Shown: positions 51,980-64,000 of the stretch, one piece after another
Numbering within the stretch: the stretch's first letter is position 1
How the letters are laid out: each line of letters begins with the position of its first letter
Source of the DNA: Raillietiella orientalis
Lineage: Eukaryota
Reading direction: 5' to 3'
Assembly (NCBI GenBank): GCA_036172245.1
Contig: JAYWIR010000023.1
Location: forward strand, 2,108,001-2,172,000
Length of the DNA: 64,000 nucleotides
Made by a program: the position numbers and the translations under genes
Notes under the pieces: model-generated
Told to the model about the DNA's origin: nothing
Databases searched by the model: none
What the model saw: only the letters and a program-made list of their open reading frames with translations

Positions 51980-54900
51980 CTCGAACTGACTGGTAAGCAG
52001 ATCCGCGTGATCGCGAGGCGATCTGCAAGAGTCCTCGAGGAAGCGCGCAGGGCCGAGGCGTGCCGAAGGTGACGGTTTCGCCCTTTCTCTCCAGAATCCC
52101 AAGAGGCGTGCTAATCAGATGAGGCCGGAGACCGAGAATGTTCGTGTGGGACATGCGTGCCGAGGCAGTCAATGCAAGACGCGTTGCTAGGGAAAGATGC
52201 GATGTTCCTCAGGACCGAACTGGCGACTGGCCGCGCAGCTCGATGAGCTGCGCGCGGTCCACGTGAAAGGAGGGCACGAACAACTTCGCAACAGGGGAAG
52301 GCGAAGAGACATTGGGAAAAGTAGCGACCGAGTCTTCCGACGCGGCGAAAGGGGGAGGTTCAGATCACAGCACACCCTATGAACAGGGAAGAATTCGGGA
52401 TGAAAGCAGCTACTGAATGGAGAGGAACAAAATGCAGCATCCGTGGGTCCACATTTTCGAATTCCCACCTGAGTTCTGAACAACAGCAGAATGCGCTGCA
52501 GAGCAGACTCCGAGGCGGATAACCCGAACGCTCGCGAGTGGTGAAGATGAAAAAAAAAAAAACGCCAGAGAAAAGCTGGAGATTCCAGCCACATCTAGCA
52601 AGTTAACAGCAAATTCATGAGGAGAAGCCTCGGTTTCCAGATGCCTCCAGGGAGGAAACCTCAGTCGACGAAATACTGCATGAAGGTAGGTGCGGAAGCC
52701 GGGAGGGTGGTGAAGCCTCCGAAGCTTCCTTTTTGCAGTCATCTGCAAAAGGGAAGAGAAGCGGAGGAAGACAGCGCGGGATGGGAACAGTTGCTGCGGA
52801 TTGGTCCTATGGAAAAAGCTGAGCAACCACGGCCAAATTCTGCAGCAGAGGCGGTTTTTTCAAAAGTTTGGGGTGCAGATTGTGAGCGGATGCTGAGGGC
52901 TGTTCGTCCGCCATTTTTTTCTTCGGAGATGTGCGTGCGGACGTTCAGGCGACTTCAAATGTGAACTCCTGGAGGAAAGAGCGTTCTTCCAAGGAGTTCA
53001 CTTGCACCCTCCGAACGCTTGATGCGGCGTCTGTCGTGGTTGCTGCAGATTCCCTCAGGCTGCTGCTTCACCCAGAGGCCCAGGCGGGTACTTCCAAGGC
53101 GCGTCTCTTGGCCGTGCATCCCAAATGCTGGAAGGCACCACCACTGTGCGTTCTCATGAGGTCCGCATACGTCCGCATACGGACTTCGAGCCCTTGGGAG
53201 ATTCCCTCGTCCCTCCCGTATCCCAGGACTCAGAGACTCCACTATCGAGGAACATACAGACTGCTTTGAGTGCTGCTTTGAGGACAAGGAGGGATGAGGG
53301 TTTGAGCGTTCCTCGAGCGCTGCCTCTGATCTTCCGGAAAGAACGGCAGACAGCAGGGATGGCAGCTCGGTTCTTCGGAAGCGGTGAGTCTGGCCGAACT
53401 CTCAGGACGGCTTCCAGGATCTACAGATTGCAGACCTGCCGATCATTGCTTCAGAGTCGTCTCTTCCATTTGGTTTGTCAGATTGTTATGCCCCCTGGGG
53501 ATGAGACCGGCAATCCGCACCCAGTGACTCGGATGTACTTTATCATCCCATCTCATGCCGCGCATCTTCTGAAGGAACTGTCTGCTTCTTTCTGCTTCCG
53601 AGTAGGCGCGAGCGGGTGGTCAGCTGAAGCGATAAAGTCTTCAACGAAAATGCTGCCAATGCACCTCATGCTTGACTGGAGACTCCTGTGGGAGATGCTC
53701 TGGCAAATTTGACCTAAGACAGCGGCGTTGCTAAGCGCTGGGATCCTGGGTTTTTGAAAGTTCTCCGGGACTACGGTGAAGCGCCGAGACAAAGCTCGGT
53801 GACCAGGAATCAGAAAAGTGAGGACTCTGAGCAGTGGCTTACGTTCGAGAAGATCGCTGAGCTCAGCATTAAGTGATCCGTAGGAAATTCCACACGCCAC
53901 TCTCAGACAAAGCAATGGGTTCCATGCTTGTTCCCTTGATCGGGAAACGTCCGGATGCGAAAAGACTGAATGTGCTCTCAGGAGACCACGTCTTCCTCGA
54001 TAAGCTCCTTCTTCCCGATTGTTTCGATGTCTTTCGACAAAACCTGCATTCAAGCATCGTAGGCAAGTCATACATTGCCGCAGGCTGTTGACGGGATGTC
54101 TTTGAAGAGGGGCAGGGTCCACCATCAGGAATCTTGCTGCTTCTTTCGTTCGTGTGGTATGCGTAGACGTAAATCTCACCGGAGAGGTGGTGAGAACATG
54201 CTGACCTTCGCAATGAACGGGAATGAGTCGGAGCAAAGGCTGGTTCTAGGAAGACCGTCTGGAGAGGACGAGAGAGAAAAGGAACCCTAGAAAAATCGAA
54301 TTCCCAGGAATGCGATCCTACAGTGGCAGGATCAGGAGCAGAAGTTTCTGCGAGCCAGTGTTCAGACTCCTTCTTGGGCAGTTCACAGTTGCTCAACATC
54401 CGAAGGTCAGGACTGCACTCTTCCGGAGGCGGAATGTCATACAAAACTGCCCACCCGAGATACCAGTTAGTGGTAGATAAGGAAAGGACATCTCCAGGAA
54501 ATGACCCGCAGTTTCTCAAAATCCTTCTCGAACGGGCATCCATCCCTTAACCGATGTTGGTCGCATGGGAAAGCGACTTCTTGAGAGATCTGCGCAATCT
54601 CTGCCCCGTCGCGCGCTTCGAGGAACGGCAGTGCTCTTTAATAAAAGGGTCGTTCGAAGCAATTGCTTGAGATGCATCTATCTGCCTCGACGACTTCTCC
54701 TCCTGTGTCCATTTTGGAATTGAATATCCAGGAGAGAAACTCCGGAAATGATCGGTGGCTTCTTCCAGGTGCAACCGCATCATACGCATCGGAAGATGAG
54801 GTGCGTAGATTAACGCAAGGTGAACGCAAGAAACACCTTTGTACTCGGAAGTAGTAAAGCATACTCAGCATCCAAAAGTTTCAAATAATTCCACGCAAGC

Positions 54901-55100
54901 TTTCTCGAGTAAGAGACGAAGAAAGCAATGTTTGTGTCATATGTAATTTTGAATTAGATCTTTCGAAAGAATCACTCAGCCGAGGTTCATCCTCTTCCTT
55001 TTCGGAAAGGGAAGAAACTATTCTTCCGCGGTCGGCATTCTGTTTCAGCAACGCTCGGTGAAAATCTTCCGCGTGGTTTCGCGGCTAGACAAGAAACAAA
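51980..55100 (-). mobile_element. Decayed NeSL/Utopia-like RLE non-LTR retrotransposon
   Basis: SSKIPDG (APGPDG), RCLNAG, IASADHP (FADDL-like), GNLPRARSPY, LRFPPWRHL..AS...NLL (LRF..WRF..ARLN), IDCLGT, IASRSRGSAY. Confidence 0.75.
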
Positions 55101-55352
55101 GTAGAACTAGGGTACGCTTTTCAAATAGGACCCAAGACGCAGACCACCACTGTGCGTTCTCATGAGGAAGGCACCACATCTCGCAACCGACTAAAAGTTC
55201 TGCATTAGACGTCAAAGACGTGCAATGCTGTATGTTGCAGAGAAGGAGAGTGTGTTTAGCATCCGAGACTAGTCGATGCCGGTCTTTCTGCTGAACTTCA
55301 GTTCTCTTCGGCAGATTGTTGGCTAGATTGCACGGGATGACGGAAGCACAGT

Positions 55353-55719
55353 TTACTTCGAGATCGTGCACTTGGCCACAGCTTTCGTGCCTTCCGAGAC
55401 AGAGTGCTTGGCCAGTTCTCTGGGCAGCAACGGGCGCACCGCTGTCTGCACTTCCCAGCTGGTGATGGTCGTGTGCTTGTTTTAACGGAACAGGCGGGAG
55501 ACGCTGCGACGCGCTTGGAAGGGTCGTCACGAAACTGTTCGCAATCGGCACGGTCTTGCTGGACACACCCTTATCCGGATGCACCCGCTCCGAAATCTTA
55601 TAGATGTAGGTGGCAAAACTCCCCTTCCTCTTCTGCGTCTTCTTATCTCCCTTCGTGATGTTCTTCTGCGCTTTGCCTGCCTTCTTCGCTGCTTTCCCGC
55701 TGCCAGACTTTGGAGTCAT
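55353..55719 (-). pseudogene. H2B: Histone H2B pseudogene
   Basis: [27 protein letters not shown]...[18 protein letters not shown]...NSFV, then after a frameshift and stop [42 protein letters not shown]. No canonical histone 3' stem-loop seen. Confidence 0.93.
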
Positions 55720-55779
55720 CACGGATCCAGCAAGACAAATCACTACGTCCTTCAGGCGACTTCAGAGCTTCAGACACCT

Positions 55780-58250
55780 CGGGCGTGCGCTGCGAAACTT
55801 TCCTCACGTTGCTGAGTCGCTCGCATTGCGCACCTGACTTCACAATCGTCTTTCTGCCATGTAGGTGCCCGAAAACAAGGCAATGCCTTTCTTTGCTCTC
55901 TGAAAGCAGCTTGGGCCCCGAAGTCGCTCCATCCGATGGTTGCCTCAGCACGCAAAGATTCCAGTGTACTGGAGGCGGTCATCTTCTCCTCCCACCCGTT
56001 TTGCCAGTAAGATGCTGCGGGAGGAAGATGACGTTCCTCAGCTTCCAGCGAATTGGGAAGCTTCTCGACCTCGCAAGAGTGGAAGAACTGGAGCTTCCTC
56101 CGCTCTTGGAACCGTAGGCTTCCTTGTGACCTTTCGTCCTAAAGCGAAAGGTCACCAGGAAACTTTCATCTCCCAAGCGCGTTCGATCTGGAGGTGCACT
56201 TTTCTCCCCAACCCCAGCTCGCATGGCCGAAGTTATGCAAAGCTGAGCCAGCCGATAGGGTCTGTCAGGAGCATGGCTCGTGAACAGTCTACGAGGTTCT
56301 GCGCGCACCATGGTCCCTAGAGGCATTCTCGTCCTCCTGCATTTCAGAAAACTATTCTGGAGTGCCTCGAAGATAGGAATCGGGCTCGACACTCCACTTG
56401 ACGACTGGATATCCATTCCAAAAGTTCCAAAGTTCAAGGGGATCAAGGGGAGCGGCAGAAACGACCTTATGTCGGGAGAAGCTATCTTTCTTCCCTGTCC
56501 CCTTCCTAACTCTTCCTTCTTTTCCCCTCCTTCATTTTAAGTAACTTTCGTCTCCTTCCCCTACCCTCACTCAGTATGCTCTCCTCTCTCTGGGAGAAGG
56601 AAGATCCGAGGCCGGCAGGGCATCCGGCGTGCCTTATTGGAAGAACGCTCTAAAGGTCTACGCCTCATGGCAAGTGTGGCTTCAAGGTCTCCAGATCCAC
56701 AACCTCTCTGGAAGGGAAGATGCTCATCCTACAACACCATACCGAGGTCCATCCGCCCCGAAATGCACGGCGATGCCCAGTTTTGGGATCTATGGGGATC
56801 CTGCGAGCACCGTCGATTCTCGGGGTCTTCTTATCCATCCGGGACGCATCGGAGGAAGTTCTCTTTGCTTGCCCCCTGCCCATCCATAATCTCTTCTGGG
56901 GATAAGGAGTCCAGCAGGCTCGCCTGAAAACGTGCCTCCGGGAAATGCTCCGAAAAGGAGTCCGACTTCCAGGCAACATTCCCTTGAGAGGAGTCTCCAG
57001 GCCGCCGCCGTACCGCACGCTTGTCTTCGGAGCTTTTGTCTGGCTCTGAGTCACTTGACCCAACCTCCATCATCCTTCCCTCGCTCAGACTCCCCTCTCC
57101 TCACGAGCCGTGCAGCCTGGAAACATCCTCGGAGGAGAAGCAGCAGCCGTGACATCCCTGAGCCTTCTCTTCTTGCGAGATGGAAGTGCGGAGAGCGGCA
57201 TGGACAGGGCGAGAAGATGACGTTAGCTCGTACGCGCGTGCTCCTTCGGAGCTCTCCACGAGCAAGCACGGGGACCAAGTTCCCGCTTGCCCGGAGTCAC
57301 GCGGAACCGCGCGGTTGCCCCCGGGAAGCCGTGACAGGCAGGTCAAGAGCTTCATTTCTGCATCGACATGGGGCCACGGAGGAGGGAGGTGGGACGAGAA
57401 GGCTCGGCGAAGGCGATCTTTGGATCAGGGAGAATCAGCAGTGCCATCCTTGCCGCACCGGGGAACCGGGGACGTCCTCACTGGATGGCGCAGTAGACAA
57501 GCTCGTTCTTGCAGTAAGGGCTGTACTCTTCCTTCTTCAGGGTGAGAACCTGCCTGCATCTCTTGTAGCGTTGGTATTTCCGTTTCTTTAGGATGTTTTC
57601 CAGAAGTGAGCTCTGCTGCAAGAAAGGGAGATGCCAGTTGTAGGGTCGGTAGGGAACATCTGGAGAGTTTCCCTCCTCCCACGCGCGCTCACTTAGCAGA
57701 AGATCGCGACTCCACCCCCTTATCCACTTCAGCAAGGAAGGACATTTCAGGAGGCGGGAACGCGCTACTACGTGTGAGAGTCCCTTCCTTGTGATAGTGA
57801 ACCGGAGGCAGACAGTTTCTAAAAGACAGTGCCGCCCGGGATTACGACGTGGAGATCCTTCAGTTTGAGGACGAGCTGCCGATTCCCATGCGGATGCATC
57901 CGACGTGACTTTTTTTTTAAACAAAAAAAAAAATGAGGAATAGCTTCGTTGCTTGTCTGCAAGTCGAAGCAGCGCGTCGCAGCACCACGACGAACTCTTA
58001 CTGATCCGAGGAAACGGAAAATAAGCGTTCTGGAGAACGAGATCTTAAGCGATCTCGAAGATGAGGAACTTGGCTGAGAACCCGCTATAAAGGTCTCCCA
58101 AGTTCCTAAACGGAAGGGGGCATGGATGGGGGCTGGTCTGAGAAGCTGGGCAGACTCACTGTTTTGCGTGCATCTTGCAATCGAGGATCCCTTCATCCTG
58201 GATTCCAAGATCCACTTCGCACGTCTCGCAGCTGAGTTTGGAAGAAGAAG
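55780..58250 (-). mobile_element. Decayed RLE non-LTR retrotransposon
   Basis: GNSPDVPYRPYNW.LP...ILKKR (DP.NWRPI), LPDPKIAF (LDL.NAF), GKRELGP, RDVTAAASP (ADD-like); terminus-like segment at about 55800-55980. Confidence 0.7.
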
Positions 58251-58759
58251 TAATCATTGCTCCCGTCTTCCTACCTGATCTTCCGTCTGGGCGCGAGTGC
58301 TCACAATTAACAGTGCAACCAAAGAAAGAAACAGAACTGCGAAAAGCAGGGCGTTCATCTTCCTGGCCTCGCGCTTGCTCTCGCAGCATGAGTTGTGGCG
58401 GCTGCTACTGCTCGCATCTCGATCGCTGTTGGCTCATCACCATGCACGCTGCGGAAACGATCAGGAGTTTTCACATCCGCTCGACCTGCTCACGTCGTCT
58501 TGCCCTGCAGCCAGAAGTTGCACAGTATTCATCTGAACGCAGCATCCGAGACAAATGGTCTGATTGAGGAATGTCCACGAAGCTTCTCCGCACGGCAAGA
58601 GCATCGAGATGACACGTTGACGGTTTTCATGTCTTCTGGCTTGTCTATTCCATCTCTTTGCTCACAGAACGAAGAATACTTGCAGTCCGCTCGTCGGCTA
58701 AGTTTCGTTTATGAGAGGAATGCTCTCAAGCGCCTTAGCCGACGCTAAAGCAAACCTGG

Positions 58760-60760
58760 GAACAAATGACCTCTAAAACTCTGTTGATAGTCGTTGTTAT
58801 TTGATAAAGTTGGGGAAAATATCGGAAAAAGAAGGTCAAAAAAGTATCACTCTCAGCTGAAGGATGACCTATGTAGACGGGGAGCATGACCAGCAAAGTG
58901 CTTCCTTTTGGTTCAATCCGTTCTACAGAAGAAGAATCAAGTCCCCTGAGACATAGTGGGGATGCAGCTGGTGGTCAGCATGTCATTCTTATAGAAGAAA
59001 CCACTAATGATTGTCGCCGAAGTTTGAGACTCCCTGAGAACCATCCGTGGGTGCAGTGAGTACACAGAAGACTTTATGCTCCAAGAGAGTAATGGCTAGG
59101 CACTGGTGCTGCTCAAAGAGTATCATCGGATGACCGCCATGTCCAGGGAACTGCGGGCCTGCGCTGCGAGGTCGGCACTATATTGGGGACGCCAAGAATC
59201 AGTAGCATCCATTTGTCATGATTTCCATCTTGAAATGATTTGTATGAGCTTCGTATGAACTGTGGTTCGTTCCCAGGATATGGTTGCTGCTAGTTGCTCC
59301 ACTTCCTATGGCCTCTCTGCAGGGTTCATGAACTTCTGCTCGCCTAGTAAAACATGCTCCCTGAATTCACAAAGAGTGAACGAATGCAGAGATAGAAAAA
59401 AAGAAAAGTAAAGTAAAGAAACCACCAGTTTGGAAAGCAATGGATTAGATGATTCAAAAACGTCTTGGCTGTAAAACATCCTGCATTTTCTGTTTGGTGC
59501 TTTTAGAAATACATTTTGAATTGACATTCGGAAGAGTACCATGACTCCCTATATAAATAGTCAATTATTTTTCTTACATCTTGATTGACAATGGTTTCTT
59601 GTAAATGAAAGAGCTGCGCAAAACAGAGGGTTCAGGACAAGGTTCCATGAGCACTATAATCCCTTCTATTTGTTACATGATAGTTGGACCCAGACGCTTT
59701 CATTCCATGAATGGACTCTCTTATAAAGCATTATAAAATGTTGGTAAACGTCGAGAATAAGACAGCTGTCGATAAAAAGAACATTGCAAGAAATCTATAG
59801 TGCAAAGTTTGCAGCTGCAAATAGCTTCCCAGAATATATAGATATAGCTATACACTCGGCTACATGCTAACAGATCTCGGATGGCTCATCAGCACTCTTT
59901 AATCTTTGGGTAACACGTGATGCGTGAAGTGAAAGACTTTGAATCTTTCTTTGCACTTTTCAATGATGATGAGTTTACTACTACTTTGAATATAAGGACT
60001 CTCCAGTTCACAATGAGAAGATGAAGAAGGACTCAAGGTGAAGGGTTAGATAGCTGCCTTTCGTGGAGCGAAACCCCGTTTTCTACGGTAAAATGTTCAG
60101 CACGCAATGCAGTTCAAGAGTCGTCTGAAGCGAGACCTCGCACATGAGAAATGAAACCAAGGTGAATCAGGCAATCATGGGAAACTCTCAGGAAGTATTC
60201 AAGCGGAGAACTTTCCTGTGACACAATTGGAAGCGGTAGTGGACATTGGAAACCCATCTCGAGATTTATGATGTTTCGTTTGATTCGATCTCGAGTCGTT
60301 TGGGAATAGCCCAATAAGCGTGGTAACACCAGTGAGCTGTCGGTGATGGCAGGAGCTCGGGACCAGTAGGAATGTAAACGGAATCGTTTCTTGCACCACG
60401 GAAGGCAGCAAGCTAGAATTTCCGGCACGAATTTTAAAGATGTCGGAATCCTGGCATTCCCCTTTTGGGATTTCGTCTTCAAGAGTGCCGCAACTGTCAT
60501 GCTTGCTACGACATCTCGGGAAATAAATATATATACAGTGGTAACCCGGTACTCGACGATGTTGGAACTTGTCAAACTCAGTACTCGTCGCATTTTGACA
60601 AGAAAAAGTGTTTCGACACTCGGCGCATGCTCGGAACTCGACACCACCTGAATGAAAAAAGTGAACGCTTTCGTCTCATGGTCTCGCGAACTGTGCCGAA
60701 CACTTCCTAGAGTGCTTCCCGAATGTTTCGTTTCTTTGTACTCTCTGTGCATTTTAAGCC
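58760..60760 (+). mobile_element. Decayed R2-like element
   Basis: GDAKNQ.HPF (GV.QG.P-like); FWDFVFKSAATVML...YTVVTRY...STLGACS (PD..D/K..Y/GA.G-like). Confidence 0.4.
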
Positions 60761-60890
60761 TTAATCATGGGTCCTAAAATGGTTAAAAATGATAACACGA
60801 AGCCTAGAAAGGAACTCGTTCGGTACCCGTTTGTTTCTGCACTCGTCAAGAGTTCCGGAACGAATTGCCGACGAGTACCGAGGTACACCT

Positions 60891-61056
60891 ACATAGATAG
60901 ATAGATAGATATAGATAGATAGCTAGATAGATATAGGTAGATATGGATAGATAGATACATATGGATAGATAGATAGATATAGATATAGATAGATATATAG
61001 ATATAGATAGATAGATATAGATACATAGTCTGAGTTGATATATATATATATATATA
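60891..61056. repeat. Compound (ATAG)n/(AT)n microsatellite
   Basis: Directly visible runs of ATAG, ATATAG and AT. Confidence 0.95.
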
Positions 61057-61099
61057 TTTATGAACGATTCCGATCGATTCATGTTCCTATCTGGTCTTT

Positions 61100-62480
61100 G
61101 GAAAGCTTCGAGATATTCTGTCGTCTTCTTCCAGCGGAAGATTCCAAACAGATAGATAGTGCTTCTTTCCAAAAGAGAGTCTTCCACTTCTCAGTTCAGC
61201 CTGAAAGATAAAATCTAAATCATCTTCCAAAGCAGTAGAAATTTATAAACAAGAATGAAGCTTTGTGCCGTCACATGTTCTGAGAGAAGTCTAAACAGAA
61301 TTCTTTATGGAAGACAAAATGATAAAGGAAAGTAATGAAGGATAACTGATAAAGGAGAATACATCCTTCTGACTCACCCTTTCTCTGAAGGTATCTATAC
61401 TTTTTCCGTGGATTCTTCAGAGAAAGTGGTTCATGCAACAAAAACACAACCAGTGGCAATGAGAGAGATCCAAAGTGAATCATCTATCAGAAGCATGACA
61501 CGAGAGCCAGCCGAAACGAATTGGCTGAAACAAATGCGAACAGCTCTCGGCTGTCCATAGCATGGGAAGAAGGTTGGTAGTATACAGAAGGATGCGAGTC
61601 TTAACTGCAAAACGTGCAAGAATGCTATATGGCTCTACCTCGTTTCTTTTGGTTTCTAATTATGAGGTGATGATGATTTTTATAACCTACAAAGGTGGGT
61701 TTAGGGAACTCCTTGATGCAACCAAGTTGGAGCATTCTCTTGAGTGAGCATTATGGAACGAAAAGAAAAAAAAGAGCTGGAACGAGCTGGAGTCATGGAA
61801 CCTCATTAAAAGCAGCCAAAGAATGGCGTTGTAAAAAAGGGAAAAAAAAGGAAATTGAAAATAAAGTCCAGCAATTGAAGATGCTCGTAATTTATGGGAC
61901 TGTACTTTTGATGGAAGTGTGAAAAATCTCCCTTATAGTAGTGTACTCTAAGTGGAAAGTAAGATATTAAGATAGAAATCGGGGAGGGCGGGAAGGCTGT
62001 AATATCAGAAAACGTTACCGAACACTTGATAGTGACTCGAGGGACCTTCTCTGCGGTACAAACACTTTTCAGTTTACGAACCACGATGAAAGTAAAACAA
62101 GAAATCAGTGGATGGCATCAGTCATTTTGCTTTCCAGAAGGTTTTCCAAATCATTCAGCATTTATTGACACCAATTGTACTTAGGCTGCTGAAACATTCA
62201 AAAATTATTCAAAAAAGCTCTTCAAGTAATCCATTCTTAATTGAAATAGGAGAAGGAATTGTTCGTGCAAAAGCATTTCGGAACAGGCGTTGGAAAGTTG
62301 GAATCAGAGCCTTCACGATGAAAGATCTGAGTCACGAAAAACTTATGTGGTCACTTTATTGGATACCTAAGTGCACAAAGCTTCTGAAGAAAGAAGAAAC
62401 CGAAAAAGTCCTAAAGAACAAATGCAAGTCAACAAAAGACGGCAAAAGTCACGTAAGTGAACCTTTGATCAACTGAGGTA
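61100..62480 (-). mobile_element. Decayed reverse-transcriptase fragment
   Basis: SNFPTP (NFRPI-like), LNDLENLLES (DL.NAFGS-like), SLNP. Confidence 0.35.
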
Positions 62481-64000
62481 TTGGCTCAGTTTTCTGAATA
62501 CAAAATTATCGTTTTGATTATTTGGTGGGAAAACTAAGTATTCGAATGGTGATTATTAAATTATTTATATGGTGATTATTAAGTTAAAGTTTTGAGAACG
62601 ACTCGAATAAGTGTTTCTAAATAGCACTACTAGAATTTAAGATATTCTTATTACAATGGAATTTCGTGATCTGGTAAATAAAAGCTTCATTAATAAAGTG
62701 AATGATTTTATTTTGAAAATGAAAAGGCTGCAGATTTCAACAGTAGACCCACATTGTCTGTATGATTTGCTGCTCTTCCGGATAGTGGGCACATTAAAAC
62801 CACTGCTACCAAGAAATTTTATCGCTAACTGCAGTCTTATTGTTTTAAGGCTTACTCTTCTGTTTCTTTTGTTCCAAGATAAAAATGGTGATTCTATCCA
62901 TTTGGAAAAAAATTCGCAATAAATAACCACGTTTTCAAAAGAAGAAAAAGCCACTGGTTGTTTTGAAATTTAATTTTTGTTTAATCATCAAGACAGGAAG
63001 TTTCAAGAGTTTCCCATCATCACTGGCATTATTTAGCTTCTAAAGCACAATCCACAGATTTTGAAAAATGAGATCTGGAATTTAGGTGGGAATTTTCAGT
63101 GTTTCAATTTACAGTACACAAAATAAAGACGAGGGTTTTGTACAGTTACTGCTGTAATCACCCTGAAAGTATGATCTCCACATTCTAAATCATGTTTGCT
63201 TTTATACATTTCTTACGTTGATCGTATAAAGCGGTTTACTGAAACACAATCTTCTCTCTGATTATGTGTCCTATCTGATAAATTCTCACTGATAGACTTT
63301 TTATTCCTACTGAAGTATCCACATGTTCGTGTTCCAACATGAATAGAATCTGCATTTCTGGAAACACTATCGTAGTCTATATGTTGGTAGATTTTGCTTG
63401 ATTTGAGCTTAAACAGCTAGATCTGCCATCACTAATAAGGGAAGAGATCTAGGATCAAGTGTTATCCGTACTCACTTCTAATGTGCTACTTGAAAAGTGC
63501 TTCCCCACAAAAAGGATTCTAAACGTATCTAAGTACTCCTGCACTAAGCGTACTCTAAAAAATCTGCCTACGTGTTGTGTACAGTTACTGTGTACGTCAC
63601 CCGTTACATTTGCTTAACATTTCAAATGTGAAAGTTCACGTTATCTCTTTGTCATTCTAGGACGAATTTCTGTACTCTTTTTTCAGAGTTTACATTAATA
63701 TAGGCACATCATTTTAAGGTGGAGAGAAAACCCACTACACTATTCGTTTATGCATTGCCTGTGGATAGGGTTGCGGAAACATCTAAATTGGTGTAGTCAA
63801 CAGTGCTTGTTTATGAATGCAATGAATCGCTCTCATAAGAAATGGATTTAAGCAAAGCATAGAGGACTGCGTGCAAATATTTAATATCAGGTTCTTAAAA
63901 GAAAAAAAGGTAAGATTTTGTTCAAAAGGTAAATTTTGAATGATACATGGAGCTTATTATTAAATTTAATTAACAAAAAATATCTGTATGTGAAATTATT

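Noticed and set aside
53869..54060. TBP-like FSLFASG motif suggesting an endogenous giant virus
   Set aside because: Surrounding frames carry collinear non-LTR RT/RLE motifs, and no viral hallmark genes were seen.
53137..55167. 25-bp repeats as a target-site duplication of a 2-kb insertion
   Set aside because: Retroelement coding motifs continue collinearly across the first copy, so the repeats do not bound an insert.
63448..63472. U2 snRNA-like CTAGGATCAAGTGT..TATC (Utopia target)
   Set aside because: Only about 24 nt with mismatches and a gap, no adjacent element end and no further U2 sequence. The 15-nt match near 41098 is similarly weak.

Overview
Eukaryotic (invertebrate) genomic DNA; the histone H2B remnant has an arthropod-type N-terminus and the introns are only 45-49 nt. 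The only clearly intact protein gene is a 4-exon MAT1/MNAT1 (CAK/TFIIH RING subunit, 37186-38240 +) in an AT-rich island. That island also holds a decayed THAP/P-element-like transposase. Two identical 5S rRNA genes face each other tail-to-tail (45843-45961 + and 47151-47269 -), and a frameshifted H2B pseudogene lies at 55353-55719 (-). Most of the rest of the window appears to be heavily decayed non-LTR retrotransposons of the restriction-like-endonuclease (RLE; R2/NeSL-Utopia/HERO-type) group. I recognised these by eye from RT, CCHC and PD..D motifs scattered across frames, so their boundaries are approximate. The most unusual signal is an array of about 14 tandem, sequence-divergent but structure-conserved GC-rich hairpins (299-990). 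It lies between an RLE element's ORF end and an A/T tail, next to a hammerhead-like core. A second long nested structure lies at 9093-9623.
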